Shown: in pieces, positions 1-12,325 of the stretch
How the letters are laid out: each line of letters starts with the position of its first letter
Position numbering within the stretch: position 1 is the first letter of the stretch
From: Ptychomitrium polyphyllum
Taxonomy: Eukaryota
DNA: 64,000 bases
Direction: 5' to 3'
NCBI GenBank assembly: GCA_973851085.1
Contig: OZ316775.1
Location: 9,672,001-9,736,000, forward strand
Notes under the pieces: model-generated
What the model was told of the DNA's origin: nothing
Seen by the model: the letters and a program-made list of their open reading frames with translations, nothing else
The model's database searches: none
Program-made: the position numbers and the translations under genes

Positions 1-479
1 TTAAATTGCTTTAAAGTAAATGTGGAAAGTAGAGTGTGGCACTTTTGAATTTTCACCTATATGAAGCGGGTTTAATATTTTGCAACATCATGCAATGTTG
101 ATGCATGTAGGATTTTGGAAAGTTTGTGGATAGTCATGTTGATTCTAAAATATTGCAAATTATGTATCATGCCTAAAACATTGTAAAATAAGCAATTTGT
201 AGCCATATAAGATAAAGAAGAATCTTTCATGTAATAAGGAGGTAGTGACTTGCACACATGTGCTATATAGGAATTGAGAGTGAAAAATCTTTGTTAGAGC
301 TTCAAGAATGTGATTGTTGCTTCATTTGTATGAGATTTTATCATTTCATTTTTAGAAACACAAGAATTATATTATAAAACATACAATAGTAATGTTATAT
401 ATCAAAGAATATAAAGAAAGACATAGCCATTAAGAAGGTCATTTCTAAAGCTACAAAGCATAGTTTTTACAATGTCCAT

Positions 480-1030
480 TTTGCCATATGTGAAATAGTA
501 AATCATCCTTTCAATCAAATTTTGCCATTTGGTTGCTAATTCTATTTTATTATATAATAGAGATAGCTAAAAGGAATGTTTCTTGTTGAAATTTGTGAGC
601 AGATTGCAAAGTCTTTCTATACATTACCAACAACTTGGACTCTATTAAATTCTTAATTTAAGCCTTAATTAGATGCTTTAAATGTAAAGCCTTTCTTCTA
701 AATAAAATATGCTCTTGCATGCCATTCAAAAATTGCTTTTTTAATGCAATTTCCATGCCATTTGGCTCCAATTAAATTTTCATTTGAAAGACTTAAATTG
801 TAAGAAAGTCCAATTGTATTCAAATTGATGATGCCTGTTCGATGGACAACTTCAAAGTTATATTTTTGGAATAAAAATGTTTGTTTAGCAAGCTTGCTAG
901 TGAATTTATTTAATTCCATGAGCCACTACAAGTTTGATGATCAATCACCAATTTATATCATTGCCTATATAGATTAGGTTGGAAGCAACACAATTGGTTA
1001 TGATCATTGTTTGTGGCTTTATTGACAATG
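480..1030 (-). mobile_element. Decayed Ty3/gypsy LTR-retrotransposon pol fragment (RNase H region); may extend to the window start
   Basis: The minus strand reads KLVIDHQ-(frameshift)-L*WLMELNKFTSKLAKQTFLFQKYNFEVVHRTGIINLNTIGLSYN...GAKWHG. This matches the gypsy RNase H pattern TDHQPLKWL...KLARWAL.LQEYDF.VVHRAG..N..ADGLSR, with stops, a frameshift and an AT-ward drift. Boundaries are approximate. Confidence 0.75.
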
Positions 1031-2415
1031 ATTGTACATTCAACATGTACACTTTGTAAAGGAAAAACCAACCAAAAAGGTAAATTTGTAATTTCAAATA
1101 ACTAATGACAATCCACATAAGTTTATTTTACTTGGTTTTATATATGTATAATGTAAGTAATGAGTTTTTTTGTCAATTGGTGATTGTATGTTATCTTATA
1201 CAATTTAAATGGAATATGTTCTAAATTTTGATAATTATTACATTTTATTAGTGCTCCTTCATTAGTTAATAATTAGCCTTTAAGTTTCATTGTGTATAAT
1301 ATAAAAACTAACAAATAGCTAGATTTAAAAATTTAAACTTAGCCAAAAACCTTCCATTTTTACAATGAAATACCATAAATTTTCCAAATGCTAAATTTGA
1401 ATTTTATCTTGAATGTTAATAAGAAAATCTGAAATATGAGCCAAAAAACAACATGCTTCTTTTTACCTTTGTTAAATTCCATAACTCAAAATTTTTAAGG
1501 TGACTACAAATGTACATTTCCACCCAACGTTAATCTTATTTTTTTTAAAAATATTTTATATTTAAAGATGCATGGTAATAATTTTTAAAACTTTTTTGGT
1601 TTTGATTTACTTTGTTAAAGTCCTTATACTAGATTCCATGTAATATCCTTAGAAGTCAATTAAATAGATGTATATTAATAATCAATTCATTATAAAAAAA
1701 TCAAAGTACAACAAACATACATGACAAGAATTATAAGGTAATTCTTGTGTTTTTTTTCATAAGTATTAGCAGTTTGATAAATATTTTTGGATTTTGTTTT
1801 TTAAATTGTTGAAGATAACCCAATTTTACTATTAATAAAGCCACCATCCTAAAATCAATAGGAAGTGTAATATTGAAGAATTAAAAAGAAATTGATGCCA
1901 AAAGCTAAACTTGAAGTATTAGAATAAAGGTGGCAAGTGTTAATTAACACTTTAAAGAAAATACTTGAATGAATTTTGAAAAGTTTTATCTTTTACATTA
2001 GATTCTACATCTATAGAAACAAGCACCTGTATTCAAATTGGAAAAACAAAGTTTTAATTGTGAATAATGGTTGTATTGATGGTTGTAGGAATATTATAAA
2101 TGAAGATGAAATCTTGTAAATAATTCTTACAATTTTTGTTTCAATCATGGATTTGCATATAAGCTATGAGAGCCATGGAGATTAAGTTCAATAGATGTGG
2201 CCATGTAAAATCTTATTCATTGCATAAACTCCAAAACTCAATCTAGCAAAAGTTGTAAGGAAAAGAAAAACACTCTTACTCAATTGATAGACCAATTAAA
2301 TCAAATTACAAGAGTAAGGATTTTTGTTGACGTAGTTATCACAAGAACCAATACACCTTCAACACTCCCTAAAAGTTTACAGTCAACGCAAGATCAAACT
2401 TCTTACAGCAATCCA

Positions 2416-2490
2416 GCTAACATCAAACGAGCTTACATCAAACAAGCTTACATCAAACAAGCTTACATCAAACAGGCTTACATCAAACAA
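2416..2490. repeat. 15-bp minisatellite, 5 copies (GCTTACATCAAACAA)
   Basis: Units start at 2416, 2431, 2446, 2461 and 2476, with 0-2 mismatches each. Confidence 0.95.
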
Positions 2491-4884
2491 TATCAACATT
2501 GTTAAGCATAAACATGAGGTGATCAGAGATTTGACGCAGATATGATTCACGTTGCAAACCCTTCCAAAATTGCACACATTCCACCATTATGGAGGGAAAT
2601 GGAAACCTACTGTTGCTGATTACCAAGGTCACCCAATGACAAAAAAAAAGTTTCTGAGGGCAAGTCCCGGAGTAATCTAGTTATAAACTAAGATAATTCC
2701 TCCTTGTGAAGAATGCTACCTTCATAGGGTATAGAATCTTTTGCAGCACCTTAGAAAGCCAGGTTTTTCACACTCAACAGGGATTTTCAGGTACAACTGG
2801 CACCAAACCTGGTGAACCCGTGACTGGTAAACAATGAAATATTCTCATCGGCAGTCATAGTACTGCATGGCTGTACAGTGGCTAGCTTTGGCCGCAACCC
2901 AAAGTTAGATATTAGAACAATAATTCCTCTATTTGCTAATAGCTATTCACTTTACAGTACTGGTGTTGCAACCATGTTTAGACTGTCCATACTTTTCTAC
3001 TTTTTCTGTCACTGCCTCCGGACCTGGTCTTGGTTGTGTGGAACTTGGAAGCTGTCATGACCTGACGACATGCCATGCATGTTCAAGCTTTCAAATAAAA
3101 CTTTTGTTTGCCATCAGTGATACGTTTCCCCTATCGAAGTAGCTGGGTCCCAGAGCATGCATGTCAACTTTCTTTTGTAGTTGACGCTGTAGAAAGTCTA
3201 ACACCAGGGTCGACGTTCCCATTCTTTTATCGTTGACTGGAAGCTGGAGCTGAGAATGAAGGGGGGCCCCGAGCTTTCGTAAAAAACGTTTCTGCAGGAG
3301 AGTGTGATTCTCATCAGAGCAAGGTGGGTGCTGTGTCCAACGCCCGACCGCCACAGTTCATCTGTACCGGTACTGTCACAGAAAAACTCGGCAATTCTCG
3401 GGAGAAGTGTGACACCCAGACAGGCCAGAGCGAATGGTGCCCATGATCGGACGGCTTTCCCGAAACTGGTTCGTCACCTGTAGCACCTTCGATGTGATCT
3501 CCAGCAAAATCGTTTCGAGCTTTCTGTGAGTGGAAGCTTGTTGTTTCTCTTGTGGCCGATCCCTCTTAGCCTCCGTGCATGTTTGGCGCTTCCTTCATAC
3601 TCTGGAGGGGACCGAATGTCGTTTTAGAGGAGCTTTCTCAACAGCTTCAGCGTCGGTTTGTTGATCCGCTTCCTACTCTTCTCCTCTCTGACACCACCAA
3701 TTAATTGTATCAGGAGTGGGTAGGAAGGTCACGGGAAAAAAAATCAAGAAACAGAGATGTTAGGGAGGGTTTGGATCGAGTTGAGGAGTGGTTTCTGACG
3801 TGTTTTGAGTCGCCAGAGTTTTTCTCGGCCTCGAGGTGTTCGTCAATTAGTAGTTGTGGGAGGAGTACTGTTGTCAATTAATTTAGATCTTGGGATGTAA
3901 TCTTGTGGCATTTGATTTTGTTGTAGCTGGATTCATCGGTGATTTGAGGTTCGTCGGCGAGTTGAGGTTCGATTATGAATGTTTTGGAAAGTGCACTTAT
4001 TTATGTTTAGCTATGTAGTCTGCTATCCAAGTTCACCGACCTTCGCAAGACTTGCGCAATAGGAGGACAAGGAGGCCACGTACGCTGTGATCACAACGAG
4101 GAACTTGTTGCAGTGAGGAGCTCGTTTAGGGATCGAAGGTAAAGCAATCGATTCACCTGACCTACATCACACAATATGTGTCATTTGAAAGATGGGAAAT
4201 TGACAGCGCCATGCCGCGCGTGGTATAGCTTCAACAGCGTGGTAAGCCATCCCCAAATATGCACGCTTTGGAGCTCAGACAAGCGTTCGTTTCTTAATAC
4301 TGAAGTTTTATTGCTTTGCATCGTAGTTTTGAAAATCGAGTTCACAGTTGTTTTTATGGTTACCGTTTCTTTCAACCAAGATTTGATCGTGCTCGAAGTG
4401 TTGCGATAGTCTTCTGATGCTAGTGTGGATTTCACTATTCGGGTTCTCAATCATACCCTTCTTCTTGCAGTCTGCAAGCGACAATTTTTTGGCCGTTGAT
4501 TAATGGAAGTGATGAAAACAGCTGCAAAAGGAGATCGTGAAGGAGCAGCATAGACTAGCAGATGATATCCTCATGTTGCCACCATACTTAGGTTGTGACT
4601 GACTTTTTAAGAAGCGAACTCGCAATAACTACATCTGACTATTGACGAAGGAAAGGGGCTTGAAAGTGACACTACATAATTTTTGTCAAGAATTGTGTCC
4701 GATCTTTTTTACAATTTCGATCCGGTACAATTGCAGCTTGCCACAGGGTCCTGTCCAGAATTGTGCAAGGAGAGAGTACTGTTGCTGAAGTGCAAACATG
4801 AGTTTAACTAAGTGTCCCTAATTTTTTGCGTGTCTAGACTCAGCCTCATGCTGTGAGATTGGACACCCCAAAGTGGAAGCAGCG

Positions 4885-6602
4885 ATGGCGCAGAAGGCGA
4901 ATGCATCCAAGAAATCGAATTCATGGGGATTTCTAAGTTTCTCCGAAAACCATGGCTTTTCCTGGGTCTGCTTCGCCATCGTCATCGGCTGCGCTCTCAC
5001 CCTCGTCTACCTCCTCCAATCCCTGATTGTGAGTAGAGCCGGCAAATGCATCTCTGTACATACCTTGTCAACCATGGTCACTCAATCCGAGCCCAGCTTC
5101 ATCCCCGAACACAAATCCCTCCCCTCGCCTCTACAAGCACCTTCCACTCTTAGCCAGGCTCATGTGACCACGAAGCAGGGTACCAATCTTTCTCGAATAC
5201 TTTTCGGCATCGCAGGCGCAGCCAAGAACTGGTCAAACAGGAAGGAGTACATCAAGAGGTGGTACAGTTTGGAGAAGAGCACTAGAGCTATTGTGTGGTT
5301 GGACCAAGAGGTGAACGGCACCTGGGAAAAAGATGTGCCGCCTTTCATGATCTCCGAGGACATCTCCAACTATCCGTTTAATCTTCGCAGGAGAACCGCC
5401 ACTCGAATCGCAAGAATCGTTTCCGAAGCGTTCAGGCTCGGGCTGCCGGATGTGGATTGGTTTGTCATGGGCGACGATGACACGCTTTTCTTCCCAGAGA
5501 ACGTGGTGACGGTGCTGTCGAAGTACGACCACAAGAAGATGTACTATATTGGAAGCAACTCCGAGACCCACACGCAGAACGTCCTGTTCTCGTTCAACAT
5601 GGCATTCGGTGGCGGAGGATTCGCCATTAGCTATCCCTTGGCTGAGGAGCTCGCCAAGATGCAAGACGGTTGTCTCGCCAGATATCCAGACTTGTTTGGG
5701 AGCGATGAGCGTATATTCGTGTGTATGTCCGAGCTTGGGGTGCCCCTCACGAAAGAATTAGGGTTCCACCAAATGGATATCCAGGGGAATGGGATGGGTA
5801 TCCTGGCAGCGCATCCTCAGACGCCTCTCGTGAGCATTCATCACATGGACATGATCCACCCCATCTTCCCCGGGCTCTCCAAGTACGCTGCCGTCGACCG
5901 TCTCCTGGAAGCTGCGAGGGTGGAATCTACCAGCGTTTTGCAGCAATTTATCTGCTACGCAGACGAGCAGAAGTGGTCGATTTCCGTCTCGTGGGGGTAC
6001 GTTGTGCAAGTGTATAAGGGTTTTCTGACACCACGGGAGCTGGAGACGCCGTTGCGGACTTTTTCCAGCATCAAACGAAGGAATGATAGGGTTGAGTTTC
6101 CGTTCAATACGCGGGAACTGCCCAAGGAACTGTGCAAGCGACCAGCTATGTTTTACATGAAGACGGTGAAGGGCGCTGGAAACTCTGATTCAGCTGGTAG
6201 CTTGTTGGAGAGTGTGTACCTGCGGAACGAGGACTTGAAGAAGACGAGAGCGTCATGTGAGGACTTGGAGCCTCTCACCACTGTGCTACGTATTAAGGTT
6301 GTCAAGGACCCGGCCACGAACTCCTGGTTTGAGGTACGAAACTGTTCTCTCTTTTGTACTAAATTCATCATTCATTTGTAGACTCAATTTAAGCCGGGGC
6401 TCTCTCTTTTATACAGAGCCGGTTTACACGTTCTGTTCTTGTGCGCCTGAATGGCCTTGGTTTGACTCGTTTCTTGGTATGTTCGGACATGCAGGCGCCT
6501 CGACGACCATGCTGCAGGGTGAAGCGTTGGGGCGAGGATTCTATGGAATTGCGATTGAGTGATTGTCAGACTAGTGAAACTCTCACAAGCAGCGTCCACT
6601 GA
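4885..6602 (+). CDS. DUF604 / Fringe-like glycosyltransferase (type II membrane protein); exons 4885-6333 and 6495-6602
   Basis: N-terminal TM helix (WVCFAIVIGCALTLVYLL), ILFGIAG, WFVMGDDDTLF (DxD), YYIGSNSE, MAFGGGGFAISYPLA, GSDERI..C..ELGVPLTKELGFHQMD, HPQTPLVSIHH. A GT(6334)-AG(6494) intron restores the typical C-terminus APRRPCCRV...*. Confidence 0.93.
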
Positions 6603-6712
6603 TTCGTCAACTAATGCTCCCTTTATAATTTAATAGAGCCCCTAGGGGCTGCTCTGAACATACGTTGTCGCCCTTCCTTTGAGACCCTCCATTGATCATC
6701 CTTGAATAAGAT

Positions 6713-6800
6713 CCAACCATTGAAGATATGTCCTACAATATAAAAATACGAGCCAATACGAGCCAACCATTGAAGATATGTCCAACAACATAAAAATACG
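6713..6800. repeat. 38-bp direct duplication (50-bp period) in the 3' flank of the DUF604 gene
   Basis: CCAACCATTGAAGATATGTCC(T/A)ACAA(T/C)ATAAAAATACG at 6713 and 6763, with AATACGAGCC doubled between the copies. Confidence 0.9.
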
Positions 6801-7392
6801 GGACTAACAAAGATACATCTACTGACATTGATATTTTGTACCATAACTAAATGGACGCTCCTTTATCTTCTGGTTACGTTGTTCATTTCTTTGCCAGTGG
6901 GAATGATGCATTCTCTAGTTTTTGGAATAGTAAGTTACCAAAAGCTGGCTAAAGAATCAAGTTTAAGGTACTAGCTTTGCAAATCTTTGATTCTTTGTAT
7001 TGTGAGCTGTTGGAGAATTGGTATAATTTGTTTGAAAAATTAGTTGTCAACTACAAAGTTTTTTATTTGAATTAGATTAAAGAATTAATCTCTTGGGCAA
7101 CAATTTACATTTGGAGAAATGATAATCAGCTAGAACAATTTAATCTTGAGTGCTTTCATTTTTGGTTGTGAGCAAAACGTATTATATGTACACAAATGAG
7201 GATAGAACAAAATTTCACCATTGTAGAAATATTTTTGGATTGTATTTTGAGAAATATTAAGATTTAAAAGTCATGAATAACAAGTTTTTACAATTTATTG
7301 AAGGATTTGCCTTTGAATTAGAGCTAAAATTTTAGGTAGGAATAAATAAGCTCAATTTCATCATGCTTACCTACTTCATCTATATTTAGGGG

Positions 7393-9539
7393 CAACATTT
7401 AAAGCACAAATGCAAGTTTAGAAATGTTCATCATTTTGTTGTGTTAAGTTGATACTACAATTAAATTGTCTTAATTATGCATTAACACTTCATTTGTATT
7501 GAAGGACAACATTTAAAGCACAAGTGCAAGTTTAGAAATGTTCATCATTTTGTTGTGTCATGTTGATACTACAATCAAATTGTCTTAATTATGCATTAAC
7601 ACTTCATTTGTATTGAAGGACAACATTTAAAGCACAAGTGCAAGTTTAGAAATGTTCATCATTTTGTTGTGTCATGTTGATACTACAATTAAATTGTCTT
7701 AATTATGCATTAACACTTCATTTGTATTGAAGGACAACATTTAAAGTACAAGTGCAAGTTTAGAAATGTTCATCATTTTGTTGTGTCATGTTGATACTAC
7801 AATCAAATTGTCTTAATTATGCATTAACACTTCATTTGTATTGAAGGACAACATTTAAAGCACAAGTGCAAGTTTAGAAATGTTCATCATTTTGTTGTGT
7901 CATGTTGATACTACAATCAAATTGTCTTAATTATGCATTAACACTTCATTTGTATTGAAGGACAACATTTAAAGCACAAGTGCAAGTTTAGAAATGTTCA
8001 TCATTTTGTTATGTCATGTTGATACTACAATCAAATTGTCTTAATTATGCATTAACACTTCATTTGTATTGAAGGACAACATTTAAAGCACAAGTGCAAG
8101 TTTAGAAATGTTCATCATTTTGTTATGTCATGTTGATACTACAATTAAATTGTCTTAATTATGCATTAACACTTCATTTGTATTGAAGGACAACATTTAA
8201 AGCACAAGTGCAAGTTTAGAAATGTTCATCATTTTGTTGTGTCATGTTGATACTACAATCAAATTGTCTTAATTATGCATTAACACTTCATTTGTATTGA
8301 AGGACAACATTTAAAGCACAAGTGCAAGTTTAGAAATGTTCATCATTTTGTTGTGTCATGTTGATACTACAATTAAATTGTCTTAATTATGCATTAACAC
8401 TTCATTTGTATTGAAGGACAACATTTAAAGTACAAGTGCAAGTTTAGAAATGTTCATCATTTTGTTGTGTCATGTTGATACTACAATTAAATTGTCTTAA
8501 TTATGCATTAACACTTCATTTGTATTGAAGGACAACATTTAAAGTACAAGTGCAAGTTTAGAAATGTTCATCATTTTGTTGTGTTAAGTTGATACTACAA
8601 TTAAATTGTCTTAATTATGCATTAACACTTCATTTGTATTGAAGGACAACATTTAAAGCACAAGTGCAAGTTTAGAAATGTTCATCATTTTGTTGTGTCA
8701 TGTTGATACTACAATCAAATTGTCTTAATTATGCATTAACACTTCATTTGTATTGAAGGACAACATTTAAAGCACAAGTGCAAGTTTAGAAATGTTCATC
8801 ATTTTGTTGTGTCATGTTGATACTACAATCAAATTGTCTTAATTATGCATTAACACTTCATTTGTATTGAAGGACAACATTTAAAGTACAAGTGCAAGTT
8901 TAGAAATGTTCATCATTTTGTTGTGTTAAGTTGATACTACAATTAAATTGTCTTAATTATGCATTAACACTTCATTTGTATTGAAGGACAACATTTAAAG
9001 CACAAGTGCAAGTTTAGAAATGTTCATCATTTTGTTGTGTCATGTTGATACTACAATTAAATTGTCTTAATTATGCATTAACACTTCATTTGTATTGAAG
9101 GACAACATTTAAAGCACAAGTGCAAGTTTAGAAATGTTCATCATTTTGTTGTGTCATGTTGATACTACAATTAAATTGTCTTAATTATGCATTAACACTT
9201 CATTTGTATTGAAGGACAACATTTAAAGCACAAGTGCAAGTTTAGAAATGTTCATCATTTTGTTGTGTCATGTTGATACTACAATCAAATTGTCTTAATT
9301 ATGCATTAACACTTCATTTGTATTGAAGGACAACATTTAAAGCACAAGTGCAAGTTTAGAAATGTTCATCATTTTGTTGTGTCATGTTGATACTACAATC
9401 AAATTGTCTTAATTATGCATTAACACTTCATTTGTATTGAAGGACAACATTTAAAGCACAAGTACAAGTTTAGAAATGTTCATCATTTTGTTGTGTTAGG
9501 TTGATACTAAAATTAATTTGTTTTAATTTTGCATTAACA
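7393..9539. repeat. Head-to-tail tandem array of a 114-bp AT-rich unit, ~19 copies
   Basis: GAAGGACAACATTTAAAG... starts at 7501, 7615, ... and 8641 (10 x 114 later). Internal copies differ at about four sites only; the terminal copies are more diverged. Confidence 0.98.
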
Positions 9540-9664
9540 GCCCATGCGTAATAGTGGTAATAAAAGCATGATTTGCATAACTTATTAAGAATACAATAAG
9601 CAAGAAGGAAAAATGAAGTGATTTCCAAAAATTAGCTTTTAAGGAGCTAATGATTAATCAGAAT

Positions 9665-9999
9665 TGATACAAAAATAAGAATAAGGACAGAATACAAATA
9701 GGATTTACAACTAGTATTAGTAAGAGTTAGGTGTACCTTGTCTTGCCTTCTATTTATACTATAATACTTGTGTTTTTTATGATACTTTTAAAGTAGCTTC
9801 TTATGAAGCTTAAGAATTTTTTAAAACTCTATGAAACCTTTCTAAGAATTTTTTTAAGAATGTGGAACATTATTAAGAAATTTCCCAAGAAGGTGGAATG
9901 GCTATGAAAGCATTGAAAGGATTCAAAGAAGCTACTACAATGTACTAAAAGGTTCTAAAAGGTTTTAACAACTATGTTGTATAATCTATGTCTGTGACA
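9665..9999 (-). mobile_element. Possible degenerate solo LTR
   Basis: On the minus strand it would run TGTCACA...TATCA (TG..CA ends), with an internal TATAAATAG (plus 9750-9758) and short GAAGG/TTCT-type subrepeats. No matching target-site duplication was seen. Confidence 0.35.
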
Positions 10000-10839
10000 T
10001 GAGTTAGTTTTTTTTTTTAATTATCCTATTTTGATGTGAGTCTTGTATTTTTCATATTGAAGTGAATATTAAATAATCTTGATATGAATATATTGAAGGT
10101 CTATACTTGTCCACAACTAGAGCAATATTACATAGCTAATCAATTATTATGAAATACACTAATATATGAAGTATTGTAATTGCTGATATATATTTTAACA
10201 CTATCCTCATATTCATTTGCAAGAATGTCAAACCAACCAATAAGACAATTACAATATTTAAACATGCTAATTCTTCATCAAAACAAAAACTCATTACTAC
10301 AAATTCATGCACAATTTAGAGTGAATATATGATACTAGTAAGATCCAATACAATAACAATCTCTTATTTGACGTTACAAAATCAATCCTCTAAGCACAAG
10401 AAATTAAATAAAATCCTAATATTAATTCTCACACTCATCCACACACTCAAGATGTTCAAATATATACAAGTCTAAAGTCAGATCTTCTCCATTTTACAAT
10501 AAAAATAGAATTATTTGTAAACTCAACTCTTTTCTCCATGAAGATGTCATCAATGATTTCACCTCGTTCTTTGTGCTTATGATTGGAATACATACTTCCA
10601 TGCCACAAATTCTATCCACATGATTGGCATATATATTTCAATGTATGCATCTTAAGTCACTCACCCACCCACTTCCTGATTCAAAGAACATGAGTTTATA
10701 AACAACTGGGTCAAAAGAAAATAAAAGAAAGGGTTGGGAGTCTTCCAACTGTGAGTTTGTATTGCCTTCAGCAAAAAAAAAAACCAAAAGGAAAACCTTC
10801 TGTCACCAACACCCCACTTTCACTTTCGGTGTTTATATT

Positions 10840-11062
10840 GCCTTCAAAGACCCCACTTTGGTTTTGCCCCACAGGCCCTCAGTTTTGTTGTGCCGTCAGA
10901 ATCCCACTTCAATTTTAATTTAGCCTTCAAGACCCCACTCTTTGTAGAGCCTTTGAGTCCCTGCTTCTCTTTGCCGTCAAGACCTTTCAGTATCTCTTCG
11001 CCTTCAGGTCCCCACTCTGCTTCGGATTCAAGCCCTCACTTTTCTTCTGTGCCTTGAAAACC
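10840..11062. repeat. Degenerate ~26-bp tandem motif array (GCCTTCAAGACCCCACTTT-like), ~9 copies, upstream of the BTB-AP2 gene
   Basis: Motif starts at 10840, 10866, 10892, 10923, 10949, 10973, 11000, 11024 and 11051. Confidence 0.75.
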
Positions 11063-12325
11063 GAGGCCCCCTCGTGAAGAGACCGTGCCTGGGCTTTGGG
11101 GATGCAGTCTTCGCGCCAAGTGTGGAGAGGCGGTGTGAAGAGAGCTGGAGAGGCGAGGGCAGTGCCACAAGGACAGTGGCACCCAGCAAGGCGACTCCGA
11201 GAGGCCATTCTTCCCACCGTGGCCGGTCATGGCCACCACAGTGACCACACTCCCACACCTGCCATCGCCATTGCTCCTCACACGGCGTCTCTGCCTCTGC
11301 CATCCCCACAGTGCCATCATCCCCATCTGAACACACGCACACGCATACACTCCTGCATCATTTACACTTTCTCTCTTGCTCTCTCTCTCTGACGTCAAGC
11401 TCTACCCTTTTCAGACTCGTGGGCTGGATTGCACTACTCTACTCCAGAGTTGGGTGCACTTCTTGGTGATGTGGAAGGCGGGTGCCGATTGGTGGGCCAG
11501 TGGATCCAAGTTCTTGGTTCTGTCTGCAGTGTAAAAGTTGAGTCTTGGGGTAAAGTTTGTGGTTTTAGGGAATTCTCGTAGTGTTTCTTTCGTTTCCGGG
11601 AGGATTGTTTTCTTCTGTGTTGGTGGGACGGAGTTTATAGGAGGAGTGGTTTTTTTTTTTCAGTGTTGGAGAGTGGAGCTTGATCTTAGAATGTGGAGGA
11701 GGTGCAATGTTGCGATCGAAGGGAGGGGCAGCTGATCGTGTCGTCCGTTTGGGTGACAACTGGAGGGCAAGAGTTGTAGTTTTGGAAACGGTTTTTCGAA
11801 ATGGAGCATGTGAGGTTTAGTGGGCACTCTGTTGGTGTTTCCCACCACGTCTGGAGAGGCATTTACGGGTGCGTGATGTGGGGACGTTGACTGTGCTTGA
11901 ATTTCGACAGAATTTTATTTTGTTGCAGTTGTCCTCATTTCTACAGGGGAAGGGAGGACTGGTTTACCTGCGAAGGGCTTGTGCATCGAGGGTTTAGGGT
12001 TTTTGTACTTTAGTCATAACTTAGAGGAATCGAATAACTTGCAGCCATTGATTGGAGTGCATGGCTGTACTCAGCGTGGGGAGCAGGGTCATGAGAAAGC
12101 AAAATCTTAGTCTGTAGCATCGGTGTGTTGCACGAATGCTGTTCAATTGCTTCTTACACAATGTGAGTAGCTCCGCTTATAGATAGGCATGGCCTTGTGT
12201 GTGAAACAGAGGGTATGGATGTTGATGAGGAGTTTTTCTTGACGTTAATTTACGCGCGGAAGCATCCTTGTTGATGAAGCTAGACTAGCTCTTTCATCAG
12301 GGTCAATGTTGTGGAGCTCCTGATT

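Noticed and set aside
2284..2577. ORFs encoding (AYIKQ)n / (DVSLF)n peptides
   Set aside because: By-products of the 15-bp minisatellite, with no other coding evidence.
6334..6381. ORF-track C-terminus VRNCSLFCTKFIIHL of the DUF604 protein
   Set aside because: Intron read-through; splicing to 6495 gives the conserved APRRxCC ending.
7393..9539. CRISPR array
   Set aside because: The units are contiguous near-identical 114-mers with no unique spacers, there are no cas genes, and the context is eukaryotic.
10840..11062. CRISPR-like repeat-spacer pattern
   Set aside because: The repeats are degenerate and the linkers are only ~5-12 bp and T-rich, which fits an old minisatellite.
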